Positions 1 through 10,374 of a DNA stretch of 64,000 bases are shown in pieces. Where the stretch lies: positions 7,143 to 71,142 of the forward strand of contig JACPMJ010000005.1 of assembly GCA_016186045.1 (NCBI GenBank), given 5' to 3'. This DNA comes from Candidatus Uhrbacteria bacterium (GTDB lineage: Bacteria > Patescibacteriota > Patescibacteriia > JACQRZ01). The position numbers and the translations under genes are program-made. How positions within the stretch are numbered: position 1 is the first letter of the stretch; each line of letters starts with the position of its first letter. Below the pieces are notes generated by a model. That model was not told the DNA's origin, ran no database searches, and saw only the letters and a program-made list of their open reading frames with translations.

Positions 1-601
1 TCTGCCGAAAAAAATAGAAACAGCAGATGCTATTCTTGAAGGTGCGGCAATAGTAAGCGGCGCAAAACATGATCCCATCAAGAAGGATCCCTTGCAAGAT
101 ACGCAGGTGTTGATAAGTAGCAATGTCATCAAGAGTCCCGTGAATTCTGATTTTGCGCTCTCCCTTGACTCTGCAATTCCGGATAATGAGCTTGTTATAG
201 GGAAACAAAAAACATATCGTATTACATGGACTGTTTCCAATTCACTTCATGAATTAAAGGAACTGAAGATATCTGGTCGCCTGCCCTCTACAGTAGTATG
301 GCTTGGAAATGAGACGCTTACTGCCGGAGAAATCCGTTTTGACAGCCAGACGCGGCAGATACTCTGGACATTGAATCGTCTGCCTGTTTCCGTGCACCAG
401 ATATCCATTGCGTTTGACGTGCAAATAACTCCGACAGAAGATGATCTCAAGCGGATAGATGCGTGTTCTGAGCGAAAGCCCCTGCCCCTGCTTTCAAAAA
501 TCATCGCATCAGCCACTGATACTGTCGCGAAAAGCACTGTTCAATCGGAACAGTCCATTGTGATCCAGGGGCCAGCGCTGAAGGAATGTAAAAATGAATA
601 G
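1..601 (+). CDS. Hypothetical protein, C-terminal part (probably begins upstream of the window)
   Basis: The ORF track gives 92..601. It is beta-rich and resembles the C-terminus of 60165..61964 (YRITW..., LPSTVVWLG..., ILWTL..L). Confidence 0.6.
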   Translation, partial: LPKKIETADAILEGAAIVSGAKHDPIKKDPLQDTQVLISSNVIKSPVNSDFALSLDSAIPDNELVIGKQKTYRITWTVSNSLHELKELKISGRLPSTVVWLGNETLTAGEIRFDSQTRQILWTLNRLPVSVHQISIAFDVQITPTEDDLKRIDACSERKPLPLLSKIIASATDTVAKSTVQSEQSIVIQGPALKECKNE

Positions 602-625
602 TATAGACCCTTTGCAAAAAGTCTT

Positions 626-2038
626 ATGATCATGCTATATAATACACGTACCAGGAAAAAAGAACTGTTCATGCCGCGTGAAGAACATATTGTGGGCATG
701 TATTCATGCGGCCCCACCGTTTATAATTATCCGCATATTGGAAATTATCGCGCATATGTGTGTAGCGATCTGCTTGCGCGCGCATTGGCATACCTCGGAT
801 ATTCCGTAAAACATATCATGAATATTACCGATGTGGACGATAAGACGATTCGGGATTCTCAAAAAGAAGGCGTGTCTTTGAAAGAATTCACTGCGCGATA
901 TGAGCAGGCATTTTTGGAAGATATTGCGTCATTGCGTATTAGGACCATTACGCGCCATACGCGTGCGACAGAACATATCGAAGAGATGGTTTCTCTTATT
1001 CAGGCGCTTTTAAAAAAAGGAATTGCATATCGCGGAGAAGACGGAAGTATTTATTATTCCATTGAAAAATTTCCTTCCTACGGAGCATTATCCGGATTGA
1101 GACTGCAAGATTTGGAAGCGGGAGCATCTGGCCGTATGCAGGCGGATGAATATGAAAAAGAACATGCGCAAGATTTTGCGCTTTGGAAGGCGTGGGTTCC
1201 TTCTGACGGAGAGGCATATTGGGAAACGCCACTTGGAAAAGGCAGGCCTGGTTGGCATATTGAATGTTCTGCCATGAGCATGAAATACTTGGGACAGCAG
1301 TTTGATATCCATTGCGGCGGAACGGATCTTATTTTTCCCCACCATGAAAATGAAATTGCGCAGAGCGAGGGGGCATATGGCGGACAATTCGTGCGATATT
1401 GGATTCATAATGCATGGCTTTTGGTTGACGGAAAAAAAATGGCAAAGAGCGCTGGTAATTTTTATACACTGCGGGACGTTATGGCACGCGGCGTAGATCC
1501 TCTCGCGTTTAAATTTTTTTGTCTCACCGCGCATTATCGCCAGCCCATGAATTTCACATGGGAGGCGCTTGCAAGCGCCCAGCAGGGATTGTGCCACGTG
1601 CAGTCCGCCGCTTTGCATATGAAGGAAATGGCAGCACATGCCGAGGAAGAGGCTCCTTGCGCGCGTGTACACCAGCTGGTTGATCAGCTGAAAGCGGATA
1701 TAACTTCCGCGCTTCATGATGATGTCAATAGCCCGCAGGCGCTTGCCGCGCTCTTTGATTTTATCAAAGCAGTATACAAGGAAAAAAAAAGTTTTACGCG
1801 CGCGGATTATTTGGAATTATTCAGGGCGCTTTGTGACAGCGATCGCGTATTTGGGTTTTGTCTTGAAGAGATTGTCATTCCTGATATCCCTCATGAAGTA
1901 CGGTCACTCATGGAAGAGCGTGAACGTGCGCGCAAGGAAAAACAATGGGAAAAGGCTGATGAATTTCGTATGCATATTGAAGAAAAGGGATATGCCATTG
2001 AAGATACGTCGCACGGTCCGCGAGCAGTGAAACGGTGA
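626..2038 (+). CDS. cysS: Cysteine--tRNA ligase
   Basis: CGPTVY, HIGN, NITDVDDK, GRPGWHIECSAM and KMAKS motifs. Confidence 0.97.
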   Translation: MIMLYNTRTRKKELFMPREEHIVGMYSCGPTVYNYPHIGNYRAYVCSDLLARALAYLGYSVKHIMNITDVDDKTIRDSQKEGVSLKEFTARYEQAFLEDIASLRIRTITRHTRATEHIEEMVSLIQALLKKGIAYRGEDGSIYYSIEKFPSYGALSGLRLQDLEAGASGRMQADEYEKEHAQDFALWKAWVPSDGEAYWETPLGKGRPGWHIECSAMSMKYLGQQFDIHCGGTDLIFPHHENEIAQSEGAYGGQFVRYWIHNAWLLVDGKKMAKSAGNFYTLRDVMARGVDPLAFKFFCLTAHYRQPMNFTWEALASAQQGLCHVQSAALHMKEMAAHAEEEAPCARVHQLVDQLKADITSALHDDVNSPQALAALFDFIKAVYKEKKSFTRADYLELFRALCDSDRVFGFCLEEIVIPDIPHEVRSLMEERERARKEKQWEKADEFRMHIEEKGYAIEDTSHGPRAVKR

Positions 2039-2039
2039 T

Positions 2040-3083
2040 ATGATCTATATTTTTCTCTTCATCTTGGCCTGCGGCATGACATGGCTACTTACGCTCGGAG
2101 TGCGGACATGCGCGCTCACATGCGATATCACAGACAAGCCGACATCGCCGCGAAAAATCCATGTGCGCCCCGTTCCATTACTTGGTGGCGTTGGCATATA
2201 TCTCTCCTTTGCCGCCGTAATGGTTGGATATCTTTTTTTTGCTCCTGCGTCATGGCCGACATTGACTGACGCACATGTTTTGCCCCGACATATCATTGGC
2301 ATTCTTATTGCGGGATTTTTTCTCATGATCGGAGGATTTCTTGACGATATCTACACGCTCAAACCTTATCAGCAAATCATTTGGCCCATACTCGCAACAC
2401 TTACCGTGATTATGTCAGGAATCGGCGTTGAAAAAATAACCAATCCATTCGGCGGATATATTATTCTCAATGAACCGCTGTCCAATGTCCTCACGTTTGT
2501 ATGGCTTTTGACGATTATCTATACCACAAAATTTTTGGACGGGCTTGACGGGCTTGTATCCGGCATGACCGTCATTAATGCGACAATCATTGTTTTTCTG
2601 AGTTTATTTTTCTTTGTAAATGTTCCCACTGCGGTGCTTGCGGTGCTTGTGGCAGGATGTTTTTTTGGATTTCTGATATGGAATTTCCATCCTGCAAAAA
2701 TATTTCTTGGAGAAGCGGGAAGCACACTTGCAGGATTTCTTTTGGGAGTACTTGCCATCATTTCCGGTGCGAAATTCGCTACCGCACTCCTCATGCTGGG
2801 AATCCCGGTCCTTGACGGAGCATGGGTTGTATTCAGGCGGCTCTGCATGGAAAGGCGATCCCCGTTTCAGGGAGATACAAAACATATCCATTTTCGCCTG
2901 TTATCCGTTGGCTTCTCACAGCGTCAAGCCGTGTTTTTTTTGTACGGAATGTCTGCGATATTCGGCGGGCTCGCGCTCTTTTTGCAAAGTTCCCAGAAAA
3001 TTGCCGCGCTTGCCGCAGTATGTGGCATCATGATCGTGCTGGCATATGTGTTTTTTCGCACGGAAAAAAGGGGCGTTCGTTGA
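2040..3083 (+). CDS. Undecaprenyl-phosphate GlcNAc-1-phosphate transferase (WecA/TagO, MraY-like family)
   Basis: Polytopic membrane protein with RKIH..PVPLLGG, GFLDD, DGLDGL, NFHPAKIFLG and HIHFRL. Confidence 0.88.
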   Translation: MIYIFLFILACGMTWLLTLGVRTCALTCDITDKPTSPRKIHVRPVPLLGGVGIYLSFAAVMVGYLFFAPASWPTLTDAHVLPRHIIGILIAGFFLMIGGFLDDIYTLKPYQQIIWPILATLTVIMSGIGVEKITNPFGGYIILNEPLSNVLTFVWLLTIIYTTKFLDGLDGLVSGMTVINATIIVFLSLFFFVNVPTAVLAVLVAGCFFGFLIWNFHPAKIFLGEAGSTLAGFLLGVLAIISGAKFATALLMLGIPVLDGAWVVFRRLCMERRSPFQGDTKHIHFRLLSVGFSQRQAVFFLYGMSAIFGGLALFLQSSQKIAALAAVCGIMIVLAYVFFRTEKRGVR

Positions 3084-3148
3084 TATTTGACAGTTTTTAG
3101 AGTTGTGATATACTCATGGTATCTTACTTATGGATAGAAGGAAAGACT

Positions 3149-3463
3149 ATGCTTGCAGTGATTCGGACCGGCGGAAAGCAGTATATTGTCAAGGAGGGTG
3201 ACGTGCTTATCGTTGAAAAATTGAAGGGAGATGAAAATGACAGCGTCACATTTAAAGACGTATTGTTAATATTTGATGAAGCAGGAGAGCAGGTGCAGGT
3301 AGGAAGCCCAGTATTGAATGGCATTCAGGTAACAGGCACAATAGTAGAACAGGGAAGAGGGAAAAAAATATCAGTGATCAAATATAAGCGGAAGGTCAGA
3401 TATCGCAGAAAAAAGGGACATCGCCAGCATATTACGAAAGTGAAAATCACAAAAATTGGATAG
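3149..3463 (+). CDS. rplU: 50S ribosomal protein L21
   Basis: AVIRTGGKQY...KKGHRQ. The ATG at 3149 follows an AAGGA RBS. Confidence 0.96.
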   Translation: MLAVIRTGGKQYIVKEGDVLIVEKLKGDENDSVTFKDVLLIFDEAGEQVQVGSPVLNGIQVTGTIVEQGRGKKISVIKYKRKVRYRRKKGHRQHITKVKITKIG

Positions 3464-3464
3464 A

Positions 3465-3493
3465 AAAAACCGGGAATATTCCCGGTATTTTTT
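3465..3493. terminator. Bidirectional intrinsic terminator between convergent rplU and recR
   Basis: AAAAAA-CCGGGAATATTCCCGG-TATTTTTT hairpin. Confidence 0.7.
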
Positions 3494-4094
3494 ATACTTC
3501 CCGTCGCAATTTCATGGCATCGCCCAGAGTCACTTCGTCCGCGTATTCAATGTCTGCGCCACGTGGTAAACCGCGCGCGAGCCGCGTGACGCGTACCGGG
3601 TATGATTTCAAAAGTTTTGAGAGGTAGAGTGTCGTGCTCTCTCCCTCCAGATCCGGATTAAAAGCAAGGATAATCTCCTTTATTTTTTGATCCGGCTGCT
3701 TGAGCCGCTCAATAAGTTCTTTAATCGTGAGTCTGTCCGGTGTCACTCCTTCCAGGATATTGATGTTTCCTCCAAGCACATGATACATGCCGCGATAATC
3801 CCCGGTTTTTTCCAATGCCTCCACTTCGTGGCTGAATGCCACCACACAGAGCGCACTTTTTTCCCTTGACGGATGTAAACAGATCGCGCATGTCGTGCGA
3901 TCGCTGTAATTATGGCATACGATGCATGTCATGATGGAATCTCGGAGATTCATGATAAGCTTTGCTATACGCAAGAGTTCCTGCTGGTGTTGGCGCAACA
4001 GAAAAAAAACAAATCGTTGCGCTGATTTTTCTCCGATGCCGGGAAATTTTACGAATTGGTCTATGAGTGCTTGAATGGGGGAGGGGTAGGGCAT
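3492..4094 (-). CDS. recR: Recombination mediator RecR
   Basis: PGIGEKSAQR HhH, C4 zinc finger, YHVLGG, TOPRIM EGEST and RLARGLP. Confidence 0.96.
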   Translation of the reverse strand: MPYPSPIQALIDQFVKFPGIGEKSAQRFVFFLLRQHQQELLRIAKLIMNLRDSIMTCIVCHNYSDRTTCAICLHPSREKSALCVVAFSHEVEALEKTGDYRGMYHVLGGNINILEGVTPDRLTIKELIERLKQPDQKIKEIILAFNPDLEGESTTLYLSKLLKSYPVRVTRLARGLPRGADIEYADEVTLGDAMKLRREV

Positions 4095-4102
4095 AGTGAC
4101 AT

Positions 4103-4270
4103 GAGCCAGGAGAGTCTTTATGTTTATGACGTTTCAATTCAAAGAAATACTGCGCGTCTCACAACGCAAAAATCAAAACTCGCTTCGCTCAAACAGTTGA
4201 TTTTTGCTGTTTACCGCGTGTATTTCTTGTTGAATTTTCACTAATGTAAACATAAAGACTCTCCCGGCTC
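4103..4270. repeat. Long palindromic (MITE-like) element, copy 1
   Basis: Terminal inverted repeat GAGCCAGGAGAGTCTTTATGTTTA / TAAACATAAAGACTCTCCCGGCTC. Homologous in reverse orientation to 49497..49666. Confidence 0.75.
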
Positions 4271-4280
4271 TTAATAATTT

Positions 4281-5675
4281 TTAGAAAGGATTTTCAAAAA
4301 GAGCGAATGAGTCGCGACTCTTTTCCAGATTCTGAAAGCTTGCGCGTTTTTCATTCCAAAACAGTCGCGTACTTCCCGTGGGGCCGTTTCTGTGTTTTGC
4401 TACGATGATTTCCGCGGTGTTTCGCTCATCTTCACTCAAATCTTCAAAGCGATAGTTTTTATCCGCGGCTTTGCGATAGATAAAAAGCACCACGTCCGCG
4501 TCTTGTTCGATACTGCCGGATTCGCGAAGATGCGCAAGTTTTGGAATTGCCGGCTTACTCAGCTCTACGGCGCGCGCAAGCTGGGAAAGGGCGACAACCG
4601 GAATGTTTAGTTCACGGGCGATGGCCTTGAGTCCGCGCGTGATTTCCGCCACCTCTTGCACTCTGCCATCACTTTTTGACATACTCTCCATAAGCTGGAG
4701 ATAATCCAAGATAATGACGTCCAATCCATATTCGCTTTGAAGTCTGCGTGCTTTTGTTTTTATTTCTAAAATATTTGCTGACGCGGTATCATCAATGAAA
4801 ATTTTTGCTTCTGAAAGCGTGTTGAGAGAATGGCCGATTTTTACGAAATCGTCAGATTCAGGCTTGTCTGAAAGTTTCCCAGTGCGCATTTTCCATAAGT
4901 CAATACCAGCTTCCGCACAGATCATGCGGTCCACAAGCTGTTCTTTGGACATTTCCAGACTGAAAATACCTACGCTCGCCTTGGATCGTATCGCCATTTT
5001 CCGCGCGATATCCAATGCAAGGCTTGTTTTTCCCACGCTTGGTCGCGCCGCGATAATAATGAGATCCGATTTTTGAAAGCCTGCAAGAATATTATCAAGA
5101 TCAGAAAATCCAGTAGGCATACCGCGTAGCTTTCCCCGTTCGCGATGTAATTCCTCAATTCGCTCAAATGCTTCGGTAAGGATGTTTTTGATTGGGATGA
5201 AAATACGCTTCAGCAGGCGCTGGGAAACCGCAAAAATGCGCTGTTCCGCCTTGTCTAACACCTCCTGGACATCATCTTCAGTCTGATACGAAAGCTGGGT
5301 GATCTCACTTGCCGCTCCTTGCAGTCTGCGAAGCATCGCTTTTTTTTGGATAATACTGGCATAATGCTTGACATTGCTGGATGTGGGAACTGCATTTGAA
5401 AGCTCCATAAGGTAGCTTCTGCCACCCACATATTCCAGCTGTTTTTTTTCTTCAAGCCGGTTTGTCACGCTCAAAATGTCGATTGGCTGGTGTTTTTCGT
5501 ACAGGTCAATCATTGCTTCAAAAACAGTTGCGTGCGCGTTTTTATAAAAATCAGATACATGCGTAACATCCCCTATTTTCGTGATAGCATCTTTGTCTAT
5601 GAGAATAGCGCCAAGGAGCGATTGTTCCGCCTCAATATTATGCGGTGGAATCCGGTCGAGGAGTTCGTTTGGCAT
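4281..5675 (-). CDS. dnaB: Replicative DNA helicase
   Basis: PPHNIEAEQSLLG, AARPSVGKT, DYLQLM, LRESGSIEQDAD and KHRNGPTG. Confidence 0.97.
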   Translation of the reverse strand: MPNELLDRIPPHNIEAEQSLLGAILIDKDAITKIGDVTHVSDFYKNAHATVFEAMIDLYEKHQPIDILSVTNRLEEKKQLEYVGGRSYLMELSNAVPTSSNVKHYASIIQKKAMLRRLQGAASEITQLSYQTEDDVQEVLDKAEQRIFAVSQRLLKRIFIPIKNILTEAFERIEELHRERGKLRGMPTGFSDLDNILAGFQKSDLIIIAARPSVGKTSLALDIARKMAIRSKASVGIFSLEMSKEQLVDRMICAEAGIDLWKMRTGKLSDKPESDDFVKIGHSLNTLSEAKIFIDDTASANILEIKTKARRLQSEYGLDVIILDYLQLMESMSKSDGRVQEVAEITRGLKAIARELNIPVVALSQLARAVELSKPAIPKLAHLRESGSIEQDADVVLFIYRKAADKNYRFEDLSEDERNTAEIIVAKHRNGPTGSTRLFWNEKRASFQNLEKSRDSFALFENPF

Positions 5676-5815
5676 AGGAGTGGGATAGTCTGTTATTTGG
5701 GCTTTTTTATTGTATCTGATATAATAAATTTATCAAGGAAGGCGAAGTGGATGAATAGTGGATGAAATACTTGATATTTTTTGGTTATTGTGGTGTAATA
5801 CTGGCATTGTGATAT

Positions 5816-5888
5816 GCGCCCATAGCTCAATCGGCAGAGCAACAGCCTTTTAAGCTGGTGGTTGAAGGTTCGATTCCTTCTGGGCGCA
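5816..5888 (+). tRNA. tRNA-Lys(TTT)
   Basis: Acceptor stem GCGCCCA/TGGGCGC, D arm TAGCTCAATCGGCAGAGC, anticodon loop CTTTTAA and T loop GGTTCGATTCC. CCA is not encoded. Confidence 0.95.
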
Positions 5889-5962
5889 GAATTGCGTCCC
5901 AAACGTTTTTTGAAAATAAAAAAAGCCGCAATAGCTTGTATCACGGCGTATAAGACTGGTTC

Positions 5963-7384
5963 CTATCTAGAAGCCCTCCTCTTTTTCCTTTTTTGAAAAA
6001 AAGAGGCCTGCTTCCTGTTTCTGAAGTCCACCGGTTTCTTTTCCTGCTGCTCCGTTTGATTGGTGGGGGTCGGTCTGCTTATTTTCTTGACCGACTGCCT
6101 TTTTTGCTGGTAGGTATCCGTACTTTCCAGCGCTTTCTTGACCTTGATGAGAATCGGCTTGATTTGTCTCACGTACCCTGCATCATTGTAGCGTGGGAAT
6201 TTCGATTGAAATTCCTTTATGATGGGAGAGGTGTCAGTGAGAAGGGTATTATCAGGGCAAGGGATGTCATGAAGGCATTTGACGCCATCTTTCACGAGCA
6301 TCAAGACCATCTCATGCAGGTTTGCATTAAGCTCCCTGATGACTCCTATTGGAGAGTTTTCCTCATCCCACACCGGAAGCTGTATGTTGTATGGAAATTC
6401 AGGATTTCCTGAGGGAACCGAGAGAGGAATCTCTTCGATTTCCTCGGTTTCCAGAGTTTCCGTAGTAGTATCTTTTGTGGGATCCAATGGAACAAGCGTT
6501 TCGTGTGCCTTGACAAGCGCGAGAACAGACGGATTCTTTACTTGTTCTTCGGTAGCAGAAGCGAGAATCGGTGGCATGTCCTGAAACTCGGAGCGATCCT
6601 CCATATCCGTATCCGTAGAAACGGCAGAAACGTCGGGAATATGTTTGCCCCCCTGTTGATTTTCTTCTTGCTCAACCTGAACTGGAATTTTCTGTTCCGA
6701 TACGTCGGCCTCTAATTGTTCTAGGAATGCCTTATAGTCAATGTGGGGCTTCATCTTGGTGATGACTCTTTTTGCAAGAGCATACTTACCAAGAGACAGC
6801 AAGACCGAGAAGATCTCCATGGCCGCCTGCACGACTGTCACGTGCTGGCCAGAATCATCCCAGTCAACATATTTCTTGCTATCCTCCAAGAGCGAGAGGG
6901 CATCACTATCACGTTCTGATGCCATGAGAAGGGAGAAAATTGTGTTGAATGCGTAGGCAGGGATCTTCTTGTGAGGTTTATCCCATGCAAAGTACTGCCA
7001 CATATGTTCCAGAAAGCTCAAGGCATCCGTATCACGATCCGCGCCAAGAAGCGCAAAGAAAAGTTTACGAACAGTACCTTGGGTGACTTCTGCCGGAATA
7101 CTCCCGACAAGATGAGGACACGCCTTCTCAAAGGTAGCAAACGCGTCATCATACACCCTAAGACATACGGTTACTTGATGAAACTGATCCTGATTCAAGA
7201 GATAGAGGGTGTTATGTGCCGTTGTGTCTCCCTTGAGGGCTTGGTTGAAGAGAATACTGTCACACATCTCAATGATATCTTCTATTTCATCTGGAGAAAG
7301 CCCATCCAGAAGATCGGCTCCTTTCTTTAAATGATGCAAGAAATCATCCACATTGACAGTGTGGACTATGCGTTTTGAGCTCAT
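5963..7384 (-). CDS. Hypothetical protein (helical N-half with an internal repeat, acidic linker, basic tail)
   Basis: 473-aa ORF with AAGGAGG RBS. Internal repeat DRDTDALSFLE / ERDSDALSLLE. Confidence 0.8.
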   Translation of the reverse strand: MSSKRIVHTVNVDDFLHHLKKGADLLDGLSPDEIEDIIEMCDSILFNQALKGDTTAHNTLYLLNQDQFHQVTVCLRVYDDAFATFEKACPHLVGSIPAEVTQGTVRKLFFALLGADRDTDALSFLEHMWQYFAWDKPHKKIPAYAFNTIFSLLMASERDSDALSLLEDSKKYVDWDDSGQHVTVVQAAMEIFSVLLSLGKYALAKRVITKMKPHIDYKAFLEQLEADVSEQKIPVQVEQEENQQGGKHIPDVSAVSTDTDMEDRSEFQDMPPILASATEEQVKNPSVLALVKAHETLVPLDPTKDTTTETLETEEIEEIPLSVPSGNPEFPYNIQLPVWDEENSPIGVIRELNANLHEMVLMLVKDGVKCLHDIPCPDNTLLTDTSPIIKEFQSKFPRYNDAGYVRQIKPILIKVKKALESTDTYQQKRQSVKKISRPTPTNQTEQQEKKPVDFRNRKQASFFQKRKKRRASR

Positions 7385-7439
7385 AGTTTCCTCCTTATAT
7401 GAGCGTTACGAACATTTTGTTGTCAAAGACCATGCGACT

Positions 7440-7468
7440 ATGATAGCATATATTACCATTTTTGTCAA
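7440..7468 (-). promoter_or_regulatory. Sigma70-type promoter for 5963..7384
   Basis: TTGACA-17 nt-TATCAT with an extended TG on the minus strand. Confidence 0.6.
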
Positions 7469-7504
7469 TACCCTGCACTTTTCCCCTTATTTTACACATA
7501 ATTA

Positions 7505-8746
7505 TTGATTAATATATATTCTATGGAGGCAATACCAAGCGGCATAGTGCCCATTGCAAATTTACCCGGGACCGGATCTCTTATCGCCAGAAGCTATGCG
7601 ATATATGCGGCCCATTTTCAAAAGATCATCCAGCTGACCGGCTTGATGGTTTTGGGTTTTTTAATAAACATAAGCCTCTCTTCTTTTGTCGGATTTCTTG
7701 GTCAGAATGCACCGATATTTGGCAAATTTTTTCTTCAGCTCCTCTCCATAGGCATTAGTGGTGGAATTGGGTTGTATTATTGTTATGTTTTTTCCGCGCT
7801 GATTCTTATGATTGCCGCATGGTATCGGCATGCCGAGAATATTTCCTTACAAGAGGCATGCACGCGCGCAGGAAAGATATATAAGTCGTTGTTTCTCGTG
7901 GGATTATTGTATGGGTTTGTTATTGCTGGCACATCGTTTTTCATCCTTCTTCCGGTCATTTTTTCTCAAGGTCAGTATCCTGTTGATACGCCATCATTCC
8001 GTGGTCTACTCATGTTATATATGACCGCATTCCAATGGGGGACTGCGGTTGCGATTGTATTGCCACTCCTTTTTTCCGTATGGTATTATTTTGCCATTTA
8101 CGCGGTCATTCTTGACGGAGATCGTGGCATTGGCGCTTTGGCAAAAAGTAGATATCTCATGCATGGCATGTTTTTTAAGGTTACTGGCAGGTACATGACT
8201 GCCGCGGTTCTGTTGATTCTCGTTTTTTTTCTTCTGTATTTTACACTTGCGCTTCCCTATGGCTGGCTTATCTTCGTACTTCTGTTTATCGCATATGCCT
8301 TTTTGGTGCTTCCGTTTTTTGCGGTATATGAATATCTGCGATATGAGGATCTGCATACCGTGGAGCGGACAACGGAGTTTGCTGTGATCAGAGGAGAACA
8401 TAAAAGCATTTTGGCGTGGTCCGTGATTGGCGCCGGCGTGATGGTTATCAATATTCTTGCGGGATTTTTTGCGCTCCTTCCTATACAGGCGCAAAAAGAT
8501 TTTCAAACTTCTCTTGTGAAGGGATCGGTATATGTACTTGCGCCCGCGTCAATCGAAATAAACAAGAATGTTGAAATTCTCGCAAGTTTTTTTGCAAAAT
8601 TCAGGCCGCAACAGCAAGAAGAGAGATCAAATCCCGGAGGCTTACTCCCATTGGCGCCGGATGAAGAAAGCACGTATACTGCTCCAAAAAATTATTCAGA
8701 CTACAATCCTCCGTCAGGAGATTCGGGAAACACTGTTACATATTAA
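7505..8746 (+). CDS. Integral membrane protein of unknown function
   Basis: Multiple TM segments and a G..AL.KS..L.HG.F motif. The start may be the ATG at 7523. Confidence 0.75.
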   Translation: MINIYSMEAIPSGIVPIANLPGTGSLIARSYAIYAAHFQKIIQLTGLMVLGFLINISLSSFVGFLGQNAPIFGKFFLQLLSIGISGGIGLYYCYVFSALILMIAAWYRHAENISLQEACTRAGKIYKSLFLVGLLYGFVIAGTSFFILLPVIFSQGQYPVDTPSFRGLLMLYMTAFQWGTAVAIVLPLLFSVWYYFAIYAVILDGDRGIGALAKSRYLMHGMFFKVTGRYMTAAVLLILVFFLLYFTLALPYGWLIFVLLFIAYAFLVLPFFAVYEYLRYEDLHTVERTTEFAVIRGEHKSILAWSVIGAGVMVINILAGFFALLPIQAQKDFQTSLVKGSVYVLAPASIEINKNVEILASFFAKFRPQQQEERSNPGGLLPLAPDEESTYTAPKNYSDYNPPSGDSGNTVTY

Positions 8747-8855
8747 TCCTCCTTTCATTCAATTCTAATTCTATTTTATGCGACTTGAAGATGTTCGAAT
8801 ACAGCGCCTATATCATATTATAAGAGTTCATCTTTAAATGAAGGGAGGACAAGAT

Positions 8856-10358
8856 ATGGTTCGTGTCCGCATGGCGCCTTCGCCAACTGGATTTTTTCAT
8901 CTTGGAAATGCCCGTACCGCGCTTTTCAATAATCTTTTTGCAAAAAAGCAGAAAGGAGCGTTTATTTTGAGAATAGAAGATACGGATAATGAGCGGTCGA
9001 AAAAGGAATATGAAACAGTTATCATAGAGGCATTGCGCTGGCTTGGCATCCGGTATGACGAGGGACCGGACAGCGGCGGGCCATACGGGCCATATCGCCA
9101 AAGCGAACGTACAAAGATTTACCGCGCATACCTTGAACAGCTCACAGCAGAAGGACGCGTGTATCATTGTTTCTGCACAAAAGAAGAGCTTGAGGCGGAG
9201 CGAGAGAGCCAATTGCTTGCCAAACAGCCACCGCGTTATGGCGGAACATGCAAAAAAATTTCTCCGGAAGAATGCGCCGCGCAAAAAACCGCAGGAAAGG
9301 AATCTGTCCTGCGGTTTGGCGTTGATGATGCGCGCGGAAAAATTCAGGTCATTGACATGATTCGCGGATCCATGGAATTTGACCCGCGGCTTATCGGCGA
9401 TTTTGTCATCGCAAAGGATCTTGATACGCCGCTGTATAATTTTGCGGTTGTTGTGGATGATTTTCTCATGAAGATCTCCCATGTGATACGTGGAGACGAT
9501 CATATTTCAAACACGCCCAAACAGCTTTTGCTGTGCGAGGCGCTAGACTTTGATCCTCCTTTATTCGCGCACCTGCCCATGATATTGAATACAGACAAGA
9601 CAAAGCTGAGTAAGCGCGAAAACGAAGTCTCAGTGCTTGAATATCGGGCATTGGGATATCTGCCGGAGGCGCTGGTGAATTTCCTTGGACTTCTTGGCTG
9701 GAACCCGGGAGGAGACAGGGAGATTTTTTCCCTTGAAGAAATGCAGGAGTTGTTTCACATGGATGATGTGCACAAGGGAGGCGCGGTATTTGACATGCGT
9801 AAACTGCAATGGCTAAACGGCATGTACATCAGAAAAAAAGACGTTGTTACGCTTACGGACATGTGTATTCCCTACCTGTGTGAAGCAGGATATTTGGCAG
9901 AAGAGGGGAGCGAGAGTGCGCGAGAGTATCGCATACCCGCCACTGGAGAACGCGTCTCGCGTCAAACACTTGAGAATATTGTGCGCGGAGAGCACGAGCG
10001 CATGAAGACGCTGAAGGATATTGTCCAGCTTGCGGGATATTTTTTTCAGAAAGAGCTTTTCATCGATGCAGAGATTCTGCAGTGGAAAGAATGTTCGCGC
10101 GCGGAGACCGCGCATGCGCTTACATGTGCGCATGACACGCTTTTTCGCATGCAAAAATCCGATTTCACTTCCCTACAGATAGAAAAAAATCTGAAGGAGA
10201 TGATTGTTGCGCAAGGGCTGAGCAACGGCGCGGTTTTGTGGCCCCTGCGGGTATCGTTGACCGGATTACGTGCAAGCCAAGGGCCATTTGACGTTGCCGC
10301 TATTTTGGGAAAAGAAAAAACACTTCAGCGGATTCTTGCCGCGCATGACACGCTTTAA
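8856..10358 (+). CDS. gltX: Glutamate--tRNA ligase
   Basis: RMAPSPTG, HLGN, LRIEDTD, HVIRGDDH and KLSKR. GGAGG RBS. Confidence 0.97.
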   Translation: MVRVRMAPSPTGFFHLGNARTALFNNLFAKKQKGAFILRIEDTDNERSKKEYETVIIEALRWLGIRYDEGPDSGGPYGPYRQSERTKIYRAYLEQLTAEGRVYHCFCTKEELEAERESQLLAKQPPRYGGTCKKISPEECAAQKTAGKESVLRFGVDDARGKIQVIDMIRGSMEFDPRLIGDFVIAKDLDTPLYNFAVVVDDFLMKISHVIRGDDHISNTPKQLLLCEALDFDPPLFAHLPMILNTDKTKLSKRENEVSVLEYRALGYLPEALVNFLGLLGWNPGGDREIFSLEEMQELFHMDDVHKGGAVFDMRKLQWLNGMYIRKKDVVTLTDMCIPYLCEAGYLAEEGSESAREYRIPATGERVSRQTLENIVRGEHERMKTLKDIVQLAGYFFQKELFIDAEILQWKECSRAETAHALTCAHDTLFRMQKSDFTSLQIEKNLKEMIVAQGLSNGAVLWPLRVSLTGLRASQGPFDVAAILGKEKTLQRILAAHDTL

Positions 10359-10374
10359 CAATAAGACACTTCCC

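Noticed and set aside
5693-5944. 83-aa ORF on the minus strand
   Set aside because: It is the antisense shadow of tRNA-Lys.
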